In this document: positions 1-7,989 of the stretch, piece by piece
Position numbering within the stretch: the first letter of the stretch is position 1
Layout of the letters: the number at the start of each line of letters is the position of its first letter
From: Patescibacteria group bacterium
Lineage (GTDB): Bacteria; Patescibacteriota; Patescibacteriia; Patescibacteriales; GWC2-42-12
Assembly (NCBI GenBank): GCA_028703305.1
Contig: JAQVNC010000003.1
Coordinates: forward strand, 5,270 to 69,269
Reading direction: 5' to 3'
DNA: 64,000 bases
Program-made: the position numbers and the translations under genes
Notes under the pieces: model-generated
Database searches by the model: none
What the model was told of the DNA's origin: nothing
The model's input: the letters and a program-made list of their open reading frames with translations, nothing else

Positions 1-341
1 GTGCCATTATTTATTGTGCCGAAATTAATCTTACCGCCGCCGGCCGCGACATTGCCGGCCGCGACTATGGTTCCGGCCTTGCCGTAGGGGAAATCTGCTG
101 TATTGGCATCAACGCCATAAAAAGAAAATAGCGGTTTTAGACCATCTTTCTTGTTATACACGGTTTTTGTTAACGTAGACGACGTATTATTATTGTAACA
201 AGCGTCTTTATTAATAATGCTTTCTACCGGATCATCTGTCACCGACAAAGCTAAAGCTAATTTGTCATAATTTACCCCTAAAAAAACCGCTACCAAAATA
301 AAAAGGCCTAGAATTAATAAATAATTTTTTTTAATAATCAT
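1..341 (-). CDS. hypothetical secreted protein, N-terminal part only (gene runs off the window start)
   Basis: ATG at 341-339 (minus) opens MIIKKNYLLILGLFILVAVFLG..., a signal/anchor-like N-terminus. The frame stays open to position 1. Absent from the ORF track because it is truncated. Confidence 0.5.
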   Translation of the reverse strand, partial: MIIKKNYLLILGLFILVAVFLGVNYDKLALALSVTDDPVESIINKDACYNNNTSSTLTKTVYNKKDGLKPLFSFYGVDANTADFPYGKAGTIVAAGNVAAGGGKINFGTINNG

Positions 342-413
342 ATAAATATTGGGGAGCGGGAAAATTTACCCGATCACGATTATATTATTTAATTTTATAT
401 TATTTTTATATTA

Positions 414-422
414 TGCTATAAT
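414..422 (+). promoter_or_regulatory. extended -10 promoter candidate (TGcTATAAT) upstream of the 473 gene
   Basis: tgctataat at 414-422, about 50 nt upstream of the ATG at 473. Confidence 0.35.
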
Positions 423-472
423 TATACCAAAATCAGCCGCTGCGCGCAATAAGTCTATTTATTTATAAATAT

Positions 473-919
473 ATGAATAATATTATTACCGTAAAAAGAA
501 TAAATAACTATTTATTTTGGCTGGCCTCTTTAGTTTTAGTATTCATAATCATATCTAATTTTTATAATATACTGGCTTATGCCACCGGCATCCAGCAGTC
601 AGGCAATACGCAGATCGGCGGCAGAATAATCAGCGTTTCTCCAGCCGGCTGCCAATACCCTCCGCCTTCAGGCAGCGGGCCTGATTCGGTTTGCGCCGCG
701 GTCGGCTGCCTGCCTAATCCCTCGGTCAACGGCGTTATAATATATCCTTTTGGTTACAGCGCGACTGGTTTTTGCCCCTTAATGGCGATGAACACCACGC
801 TGGGCCCGATAACCGCGTCTAACGTAGGCTATGTATTTCTTGGGCTTTTCTCTGGAATCGTCCCCGGCGCCGGCATACCGTCAATTCCTCTGGGAATGCC
901 CGGCATGGCTCGGCAATAA
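473..919 (+). CDS. hypothetical small secreted/membrane-anchored protein
   Basis: 148-aa ORF with one N-terminal hydrophobic helix (YLFWLASLVLVFIIISNF) and a Gly/Pro/Cys-containing remainder. No family recognised. Confidence 0.5.
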   Translation: MNNIITVKRINNYLFWLASLVLVFIIISNFYNILAYATGIQQSGNTQIGGRIISVSPAGCQYPPPSGSGPDSVCAAVGCLPNPSVNGVIIYPFGYSATGFCPLMAMNTTLGPITASNVGYVFLGLFSGIVPGAGIPSIPLGMPGMARQ

Positions 920-965
920 ATTATTAACCGCTTAAATTTTAATTTAACGCGCCGCCAATAAAATT

Positions 966-2123
966 ATGATTAATAGAATATTCAACCGGACAAATTTAAA
1001 ATTTAATATTCTTTTAGCTTTGTTTATTTTAGCTTTGATTTCCTTGAAATGGTCTGACGCTATTATGGCCGACAATACTTTAGCCCAAAAATTGAAGGGT
1101 AAAATACTTTTGCAAGTAGAGGAAAATGGCGAAGCCTGGTATGTTTTTCCGGCTGACTTAAAAAGATACTATCTGGGCCGGCCGGCCGATGCCTTGAATT
1201 TAATGAAAGATCTTGGCTTAGGCATTACCAACGCCGATCTGGCTAAAATTTCCGCGGCTAAATTTGATTACGCAAACTTGGAAGATAGTGATAACGACGG
1301 CCTGCCAGACTTAATTGAAAACGCTTTAAAAACCGACCCGCGAAAAACCGACAGCGACGGCGACGGGCATAACGACGGCGAAGAAATTTATAATGATTAT
1401 AACCCGCTTGGCAATAATAAAATAGCCATAGATAAAACTTTGTCTAAAAATCTGGCCGGGCAAATTTTAATACAAATTGAAAGCGCGGGCGAAGCTTGGT
1501 ATGTAAATCCCGATAATTTAAAAAGGTATTATCTGGGCCGGCCGATTGATGCTTTAAATTTAATGAAAAAAATCGGCTTGGGCATAACTAATGAAAATCT
1601 GGCCAAAATAGACAAACTTATAGTTAAGCCGGAAAATACCAATGATTACATTGTTAAAAATTACACTTCCGCGAAAACCGACGGTACCAGAATCTATCAG
1701 GAACCGAATAACCTTTATTCATTCGCCTACCCTAATAATTGGAAAATCAAAAAATTTGACGCCTCGCCCGATGAAGTCCAGCTATCGGACGCCAATAGGG
1801 ATTTTATTGAAGAAGAAAAAGCCGTAATAACCATTCATAAATTTAGCACCGCCAGCAGTACTGAAGTCGGCCAGTTTAAAATTGCCGTTAGCGGCAGCCA
1901 GGTGATGAAAAAACAGGAAAAAGATTTTGAGGTAGCGAACAAGCCGGCCTTTGAAACTTCATATTTATATCCGTTGGCCTTTCAAAAAACCGCTTTAATT
2001 CAAATAGATGATAAAAATTTTCTAAGAGTGTCCCTTACCGCTTCAAAAAACAACTATTCTGGCTATGAAACTATTTACGATGCTCTGATAAAAAGCTTTG
2101 ATATAAAATCTTCTACAAATTAA
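966..2123 (+). CDS. secreted repeat protein with two copies of a ~57-aa 'GEAWYV...RYYLGRP' module and an acidic Asp-rich Ca-binding-like linker
   Basis: N-terminal anchor. Internal duplication LAQKLKGKILLQVEENGEAWYVFPADLKRYYLGRPADALNLMKDLGLGITNADLAKI versus LSKNLAGQILIQIESAGEAWYVNPDNLKRYYLGRPIDALNLMKKIGLGITNENLAKI. DSDNDGLPD...DSDGDGHNDGEE resembles thrombospondin type-3-like repeats. Confidence 0.7.
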   Translation: MINRIFNRTNLKFNILLALFILALISLKWSDAIMADNTLAQKLKGKILLQVEENGEAWYVFPADLKRYYLGRPADALNLMKDLGLGITNADLAKISAAKFDYANLEDSDNDGLPDLIENALKTDPRKTDSDGDGHNDGEEIYNDYNPLGNNKIAIDKTLSKNLAGQILIQIESAGEAWYVNPDNLKRYYLGRPIDALNLMKKIGLGITNENLAKIDKLIVKPENTNDYIVKNYTSAKTDGTRIYQEPNNLYSFAYPNNWKIKKFDASPDEVQLSDANRDFIEEEKAVITIHKFSTASSTEVGQFKIAVSGSQVMKKQEKDFEVANKPAFETSYLYPLAFQKTALIQIDDKNFLRVSLTASKNNYSGYETIYDALIKSFDIKSSTN

Positions 2124-2140
2124 AAATTAAACAGCAATAT

Positions 2141-2170
2141 AAAAAACACCTGTTGCGTTGGGTGTTTTTT
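2141..2170. terminator. bidirectional rho-independent terminator candidate
   Basis: aaaaaacacc-tgttgcgttg-ggtgtttttt: a stem flanked by an A-run and a T-run, between convergent genes. Confidence 0.55.
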
Positions 2171-2179
2171 ATTTTTTCT

Positions 2180-2602
2180 TTATTTGACCGTCAATAAAAC
2201 TATACTGATCGCTCCTAAAATCATGCCGGCTATAACTGTCGGACTTAAAGCCTCATTAAATAAAAAAACTCCAGCTAAAGCGCCTGCTAAAATCAAACCA
2301 ATCCCCTCTACCGGCATAGCCACGGATAATGGCGCGCCATATTTAAAAGCATAAAAGAAAAAAATCGTCCCCGAACCCAATAAAAGGCCAATCAATGCGG
2401 AAATGCCATAGCCCCTGGCTGAATGGTTTAAGCCGCCGTTAGACATAGCATAAATCACAAACGGGGCAACTATAATAACCTGGCTCACGGCCGCGACAAA
2501 CAAGGCTAAAAAATAGTTTATTTGATTGCCAATCACTTTAAAGAAAATATCATTGGCCGCCCAAACTAAAGTCGCTAATCCTAAAAAAATAACCCAAAGC
2601 AT
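2180..2602 (-). CDS. small EamA/DMT-superfamily-like integral membrane protein
   Basis: 140 aa, 4-5 predicted TM helices, Gly-rich helix pattern typical of single EamA-domain/SMR-like transporters. Confidence 0.55.
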   Translation of the reverse strand: MLWVIFLGLATLVWAANDIFFKVIGNQINYFLALFVAAVSQVIIVAPFVIYAMSNGGLNHSARGYGISALIGLLLGSGTIFFFYAFKYGAPLSVAMPVEGIGLILAGALAGVFLFNEALSPTVIAGMILGAISIVLLTVK

Positions 2603-2623
2603 AATTTTATTTTTATCATCAAG

Positions 2624-2721
2624 CTTGAGTTAAATTTACAAAATTTTCGTGCGAGGACTGTTTGAGCCCGAGTAATCTCGGGCGAGTTCCGCAGTAGAAA
2701 ATTTTATAAATTTAACTCAAG
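2624..2721 (+). repeat. family-A structured palindromic repeat, copy 1 (core ttttcgtgcgaggactgtttgag-hairpin-gagttccgcagtagaaaatt)
   Basis: The same core is seen at 25081, 25830 and 58580. The outer arms cttgagttaaattta/taaatttaactcaag are perfectly complementary. Confidence 0.9.
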
Positions 2722-2741
2722 GCCTACTGTCGTAATTAATA

Positions 2742-5579
2742 TTATTTAATCACAATATTTATTAATTTCCCTTTAACAAAAATTATCTTTATAACTTCTT
2801 TGCTCTCCAGCCATTTGTTAATTTTTTCGCTTTCTAAAGCGATTTTTTTCGCTTCATTTTCGCTAATATCAGCCGAAACTTCAATCATGTCGCGTACTTT
2901 GCCATTGATCTGAACTACTAAATTTATGGTTTCATCTTTAACCAAATCAGGATTAAACTCCGGCCATTTTTCTTTAAAAATACTTTCTTTATGCCCGATC
3001 CCAGACCACAGCTCTTCGGCCAAATGCGGCGCGAACGGGCTTAAAAGAATAATGAATAATGAATAATGAATAATGGAAATCTTTTCCTGTTCTCCCAACT
3101 TATTAGCCATTATCATTAAAGCTGAAATCGCGGTATTAAATTTAAAATATTCAATATCTTCACTAACTCTCTTTATGGTTTTATGTAATAATCTTTCTAG
3201 TTTATCATTCGTAATTCGTAATTCGTAATTCGTAATTCGTAATTGTAAATTAAAAACTTTTTCCAAGAATCTTCTAGCGCCGATAAGCCCGTTAGTGCTC
3301 CAGGCACAAGGCTGGGAAAACGGCCCCATAAACATTTCATAAACTCTCATGGAGTCAGCGCCAAATTTTTCCACGATTTCATCCGGATTAATTACGTTAT
3401 GCCAGCGCTTGCTCATCTTGCGGCCGTCCTCGGCTAAAATCAGACCGACATGCTGTAAGCGCGTAAACGGTTCGTCATAATTTACCGCGCCGATATCAAA
3501 CAAAAATTTATGCCAGAAGCGCGCGTAAATTAAATGCCGCGTGGCATGCTCGGCTCCGCCAACGTAAAAATCAACCGGCGACCAATATTTATCCTTGGCT
3601 TTATCAACCAGCGCTTTATCATTATACGGATCGATGTAACGCAAATAATACCAGCTTGACCCGGCCCATTGCGGCATGGTATTGGTTTCGCGCTTGGCAG
3701 ATCCGCCGCACTTCGGGCATTTTGTATTAACCCATTTTTCAATATTGGCCAGCGGCGACTCGCCAGTTCCGGTGGGCTCATAATTTTTTACTTCAGGGAG
3801 TTTTAAAGGCAGCTCATCACAAGGCACAGCCACATTGCCGCACTTAGGGCAATGCACAATCGGAATCGGCTCGCCCCAATATCTTTGCCTGGAAAATACC
3901 CAATCTTTTATTTTATAATTTATTGCTCGCTTGCCCAATTTTTTATTCTCCAGCCAGGCAGTCATTTTTTCTTTGGCCGCTTCAGTCTCCAGGCCGTTTA
4001 AAAAATCCGAATTAACACTAAGGCCATCGCCGCAATAAGCTGAATCTCCTTGTTTTAACCTTTGCCAAGCTAATTTTTGATTCCAAACATTAATAAAAGA
4101 TTCTATTTTTTCTTCCTCTACCCAAACTACTTCGTGTTGATCTTTTTCTTTTTGCGCCACCTCTTCTCTGCCCTCATTTTCCAATTCAAATAATAAATAC
4201 TTAAAACTGGCATAGACATTGGAATCTTTATGCGGTCGATAAAATTCAGCGAAAATTGAACCGCCGACTTGTTTAATAAATTTTAAATTTTTATAACCGG
4301 TTTCTTCTTTTACTTCACGCTTGGCTGCCGTAACCAAATCTTCGCCGTCCAGGCCACCGGTAGGAAAAGATTTCCAGTCAATGTTTTTCCATTTCAAACA
4401 TAAATACCGGTTATTTTTCAGATTTTTAACGATAGCCGTCACCACTTCCCGCTTTTCGGTTTCTTTATCCGGCCGCGGATCATCTTTTAAAAACGGAACA
4501 ATTACTTCCTTGATTGGTATATTATATTTTTTGGCGAACTCCCAATCCCGTTCGTCATGCGCCGGCACGGCCATAATCGCGCCGGTGCCATAGCCCATCA
4601 TCACATAATCGGCGATGTAGACCGGAATTTTTTCCCGGTTAACCGGGTTAATCGCGTAAGATCCGGTAAAGACGCCGGTTTTTTCTTTGGCTAATTCGGT
4701 CCTTTCCATGTCCGATTTGCCGGCGGCCGCTTTGATATATTTTTCCACTTCTTTCTTTTGTTCAGCCGTAGTTATTTTTTTAATTAGCGGGTGTTCCGGC
4801 GCCATAACAAAAAACGTCGCCCCGAATAAAGTGTCCGGCCGAGTAGTAAAAACCGTTGCAATTTCTTCGCCAATCTTAAAATTAACTTCAGCGCCTTCAC
4901 TCTTCCCAATCCAATTTTTCTGCATCTCTTTAATGGATTCTTCCCAGTCCGGCAGCTTTTCCAAATCATTCAACATTCTTTCCGCGTAATCGGTAATTTT
5001 TAAAACCCATTGGCGCATAGGTTTGCGTTCAATCACCGAACCGCAACGTTCACACTTGCCGTCTTCCAAATCTTCATTGGATAAAACGGTTTTGCAGCTC
5101 GGGCACCAGTTAACCGGCTCGTTTGATTCATAGGCCAAGCCGCGCTCAAACATTTTTATAAACGTCCACTGGGTCCATTTATAAAATTCCGGATCAGTAG
5201 TATTTATTTCCCGATTCCAATCATAAGTAAAGCCTAATTTTCCCAATTGCTTTTTAAAAGTATCAATATTTTTTTCCGTGGCGATTCTAGGATGAATTTT
5301 ATTTTGAATAGCGTAGTTTTCCGCCGGCAAGCCAAAAGCGTCCCAGCCCATGGGGTGAAGCACGTTATAGCCCTGCATCATCTTGGCGCGCGCGAAAATA
5401 TCCGTGGCGATATAACCTTTGGGATGCCCGACATGGAGCCCGGCGCCGGATGGATAAGGAAACATGTCTAAAATATAAAATTTAGGCTTGGTTTTATCTT
5501 CACCGGTCTGATACAATTTTTCTTTCTGCCAATGCTTCTGCCACTTTTGTTCTATTTTTTTATGGTCGTATTTCTCCAT
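2742..5579 (-). CDS. leuS: leucyl-tRNA synthetase with an inserted Nudix-like domain
   Basis: HVGHP (HIGH) motif, [12 protein letters not shown] editing-domain T-rich motif, [35 protein letters not shown]. Extra ~135 aa (aa ~375-510) carry REVKEETGY. Confidence 0.95.
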   Translation of the reverse strand: MEKYDHKKIEQKWQKHWQKEKLYQTGEDKTKPKFYILDMFPYPSGAGLHVGHPKGYIATDIFARAKMMQGYNVLHPMGWDAFGLPAENYAIQNKIHPRIATEKNIDTFKKQLGKLGFTYDWNREINTTDPEFYKWTQWTFIKMFERGLAYESNEPVNWCPSCKTVLSNEDLEDGKCERCGSVIERKPMRQWVLKITDYAERMLNDLEKLPDWEESIKEMQKNWIGKSEGAEVNFKIGEEIATVFTTRPDTLFGATFFVMAPEHPLIKKITTAEQKKEVEKYIKAAAGKSDMERTELAKEKTGVFTGSYAINPVNREKIPVYIADYVMMGYGTGAIMAVPAHDERDWEFAKKYNIPIKEVIVPFLKDDPRPDKETEKREVVTAIVKNLKNNRYLCLKWKNIDWKSFPTGGLDGEDLVTAAKREVKEETGYKNLKFIKQVGGSIFAEFYRPHKDSNVYASFKYLLFELENEGREEVAQKEKDQHEVVWVEEEKIESFINVWNQKLAWQRLKQGDSAYCGDGLSVNSDFLNGLETEAAKEKMTAWLENKKLGKRAINYKIKDWVFSRQRYWGEPIPIVHCPKCGNVAVPCDELPLKLPEVKNYEPTGTGESPLANIEKWVNTKCPKCGGSAKRETNTMPQWAGSSWYYLRYIDPYNDKALVDKAKDKYWSPVDFYVGGAEHATRHLIYARFWHKFLFDIGAVNYDEPFTRLQHVGLILAEDGRKMSKRWHNVINPDEIVEKFGADSMRVYEMFMGPFSQPCAWSTNGLIGARRFLEKVFNLQLRITNYELRITNDKLERLLHKTIKRVSEDIEYFKFNTAISALMIMANKLGEQEKISIIHYSLFIILLSPFAPHLAEELWSGIGHKESIFKEKWPEFNPDLVKDETINLVVQINGKVRDMIEVSADISENEAKKIALESEKINKWLESKEVIKIIFVKGKLINIVIK
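3047..3074. repeat. (gaataat)x4 heptamer tandem run inside leuS coding sequence
   Basis: Direct reading. Translated in frame on the minus strand as ...IIHYSLFII... Confidence 0.9.
3207..3244. repeat. (attcgta)x5 heptamer tandem run inside leuS coding sequence
   Basis: Direct reading. Translated in frame on the minus strand as [12 protein letters not shown]. Imperfectly complementary to the 3047-3074 run. Confidence 0.9.
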
Positions 5580-5706
5580 ATATTTTTATCCTCCGTAGCT
5601 TTAGCGAAGGAGAACTATTTTTTTGTGATTATATTTTTCCATAATGAACTCATTTTATCCTAAAATTAGAGAAAATGCAAATTATAATACTTGGTAAAAA
5701 TTATCT

Positions 5707-5745
5707 TTATCGCGCATATGAAATTGTAGCATTTTTTTACAAAAA
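5707..5745. repeat. family-E repeat, left-arm-only copy (ttatcgcgcatatgaaattgtagcatttttttacaaaaa)
   Basis: 37 of 39 nt identical to 6226-6264. Ends exactly at the stop codon of the 5746 gene. Contains TGCTACAAT (minus strand, plus-strand coordinates 5723-5731), an extended -10-like box facing leuS. Confidence 0.8.
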
Positions 5746-6189
5746 TTATTTTTTATATACCAACCAATTTTTCCCATCTTTCAATTTAACTAAAACATAT
5801 TCTCCTTTTAATCTTTTGCCTTTCAAGCTAAATTTCATACTGCCACGAGCCAAATCTCCTTCCAACGCCTGCCATTTTCCTTTATCATATATTTCCATCG
5901 TGCCGGCGCCATATTCGCCTTCCGGAATACGGCCGGAAAAATTAATATACCTTACCGGGTGATCTTCAACCGCCACGGCCAGCCGCTTAACGCCGAATTT
6001 CTCTGGCACGCCTTTAGGCACGGCCCAAGATTTTAACACGCCCTCATGCTCAAGCCTAAAATCATAATGCAAATGGCTGGCTTGATGTTTTTGCACGACA
6101 AAACGCGACAAATTTCGTTTTTCAACTTTGCCCTTAGGCTCCGGCGTTTTGGAAAATTTTCTTTTGGCTTGATATTTTTCTAAAGACAT
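5746..6189 (-). CDS. stand-alone DNA ligase D 3'-phosphoesterase (LigD-PE) domain protein
   Basis: FVVQKHQASHLHYDFRLE...GVLKSWAVPKGVP...AVAVEDHPVRY..FSGRIPEGEYGAGTMEIYDKG matches the LigD PE-domain signature. Start placed at the MSLEKYQ ATG (6189) rather than the track's upstream ATG, which lies inside the repeat. Confidence 0.8.
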   Translation of the reverse strand: MSLEKYQAKRKFSKTPEPKGKVEKRNLSRFVVQKHQASHLHYDFRLEHEGVLKSWAVPKGVPEKFGVKRLAVAVEDHPVRYINFSGRIPEGEYGAGTMEIYDKGKWQALEGDLARGSMKFSLKGKRLKGEYVLVKLKDGKNWLVYKK

Positions 6190-6207
6190 GAATTTTAAAT
6201 TAAAATA

Positions 6208-6310
6208 GGCTCGGAGAGATTGCATTTATCGCGCATATAAAATTGTAGCATTTTTTTGCAAAAAAAAATGCACAAATTTTATCTAAGCGGAAATGTAATC
6301 TATCCGAGCC
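6208..6310. repeat. family-E repeat, full imperfect palindrome (~103 nt)
   Basis: Arms ggctcggagagattgcatttatcgcgcatataaaattgtagca / tgcacaaattttatctaagcggaaatgtaatctatccgagcc around a T7-gc-A9 centre. Minus-strand TGCTACAAT (6242-6250) faces the LigD-PE gene. Confidence 0.8.
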
Positions 6311-6324
6311 GATCTCTCAGATTT

Positions 6325-7695
6325 CTACCACCCAAATAACTTTCCAACCTCATCAGCCGTTTCACGACGGCGAGCTATGGTTAAGATGCCATTTTGCGCG
6401 ATTACTTTAGCCGGTGATGACAATAAACAATGGTGCGAAGCTAAGGCGTCTTGATATGCTCCTGAATCAAACAAGGCGATATATTGATAATCGCCATTGG
6501 CATCTTCCAAGCGAGGCAATAAGATCTGGCCGCCGCCGGCCGTGTAACAATCATCCGAATCGCAAGAAGCGCCGGCCAGCCAAATTCTTGATAACTTTTC
6601 CGCGGTCATATTATTAACCGGAACAATATGCCACTTTTGGCGGATCGCCCAAGTGTCAATCAAATCATTCATAAAACTGCCATCAATAACATACCACTTT
6701 TTGGCCATGGCTTTAGCAATCGGTTTTTGGCATAAAATTTTAAAAATCGTTATTTGAGCCGGGGCCATTATATATCTTCCCCATTCCGCTATTATATTCG
6801 GATGGGCTATTTCTTTATCGGAGCAAACCTTGCCGATGGTAGTGATTATCCGGTTAACTACATTGGCAGTGCTATAATGCTTCTTTTTTTCATAAGGAAT
6901 AGCCATGCCGCCGCCGATATTCAAAGTATCAAGAGTAGAATTAATTTTTTTCAACTTGGCATAAACCCGCGTTGCGGTTTTTACGGCTTCAATAATACCG
7001 TCCTGGCTCATACTCTGCGAACCCATGTGATAATGTAAAATCTTTAAATTGCGTATCCGCCCAAGATCATAAATCTCCTCGGGCGATAAGCCGTAGCGAT
7101 CGTTTTTTTTGTTCCAATGCGATTCGGTCTTTATTTCCATCTTCATCCTTACGCCGATATCGCCTTTGAATTTCTTTAAGGCTTCATACTCGGTAGCATC
7201 TTCTATAATAGGAATAATAAATAACCCCTTTTCTTTTAGCTCCTGGATCAGCCCTAAATATTTATCGGTTTTCGGACCATTGCAGATAACGCGGATGCGG
7301 GAATTAAACTGGTCTTGCTCCCAAAGCTTTCTAACCAGCCATAGCTCATTATACGAAGCGGTTTCCAGATTCGCCCCCTCGGAAATCAAAGGTAAAACGA
7401 ATTCCTTGTTTTGATTAACTTTCATGGGATAATGATAAAAAAATCTGCCTTTATAATTATGCTTTTTAATATAAAAATTAAAAATTTGGACCAAATCCAA
7501 ATAACGCTTTTCCACAATAAAAGGAAAAGCGATTTCTAACGGCGCGCCGAATTTCTTTACCAAATCAAAAATATTGTATTGGTAGTTTCCTTCGCGCACT
7601 ACCAGCTCGCCATCATTAGAAATGCCAAAAAATTCAGTATTAAACTGCTCTTCGCCTAACTTCCAAAAATTATAAAATTTTTTGTATTTTGTCAT
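6325..7695 (-). CDS. speA: biosynthetic arginine decarboxylase-like PLP enzyme (Orn/DAP/Arg decarboxylase fold, compact SpeA type)
   Basis: YPMKVNQNKEFV (compare SpeA YPIKVNQ), HYHMGSQ, LNIGGGMAIPY, EWGRYIMAP, FDSGAYQDALASHHCLL. Start moved to MTKYKKF (7695) because the track's GTG extension covers a hairpin. Confidence 0.7.
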   Translation of the reverse strand: MTKYKKFYNFWKLGEEQFNTEFFGISNDGELVVREGNYQYNIFDLVKKFGAPLEIAFPFIVEKRYLDLVQIFNFYIKKHNYKGRFFYHYPMKVNQNKEFVLPLISEGANLETASYNELWLVRKLWEQDQFNSRIRVICNGPKTDKYLGLIQELKEKGLFIIPIIEDATEYEALKKFKGDIGVRMKMEIKTESHWNKKNDRYGLSPEEIYDLGRIRNLKILHYHMGSQSMSQDGIIEAVKTATRVYAKLKKINSTLDTLNIGGGMAIPYEKKKHYSTANVVNRIITTIGKVCSDKEIAHPNIIAEWGRYIMAPAQITIFKILCQKPIAKAMAKKWYVIDGSFMNDLIDTWAIRQKWHIVPVNNMTAEKLSRIWLAGASCDSDDCYTAGGGQILLPRLEDANGDYQYIALFDSGAYQDALASHHCLLSSPAKVIAQNGILTIARRRETADEVGKLFGW

Positions 7696-7920
7696 ATTGT
7701 CTGAAAATTTTTCTGGTTTAATTTTCCAAAATTTTTTCCTATTAAAAATTAAGAGCCGCCCGAGCGGCACGAGTAATCTAATTATATAACTTTCAAATTA
7801 TTTTGCAATAAGGCGCCCCAGCCGTTTAACGGAAGTGCCGCTGACTTTCATCGACCCTTTTTTTCTTTTTTCCCGAGCCTTGAGCCGTTTTAAAAGCTCC
7901 AGCTCCAGCTTGTCCAGATT

Positions 7921-7949
7921 TTGTTTATTCACAAAATAAATGTTATAAT
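7921..7949 (+). promoter_or_regulatory. sigma70-like promoter candidate (TTGttt-N17-TATAAT with TGn extension)
   Basis: ttgttt 7921-7926, tgttataat 7941-7949, 40 nt upstream of the ATG at 7990. Confidence 0.35.
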
Positions 7950-7989
7950 ATTTATAACTTCATAATAAAACAGCTAAACAAAAATATCA

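Noticed and set aside
7696-7770. GTG-initiated 25-aa extension (MPLGRLLIFNRKKF...) of the speA-like ORF.
   Set aside because: It is made of a gccgc-tcgg-gcggc hairpin plus T-rich sequence. The conserved decarboxylase sequence starts after the ATG at 7695.
7798-7932. Possible 44-codon GTG-initiated ORF (VNKQNLDKLELELLKRLKAREKRKKGSMKVSGTSVKRLGRLIAK) followed by a weak hairpin upstream of speA. I considered it as a small basic protein or an Arg/Lys-rich leader peptide.
   Set aside because: It has no SD or ATG, no recognisable family, and only a 5-bp hairpin with no clear alternative pairing. I cannot distinguish it from chance in this AT-rich spacer.
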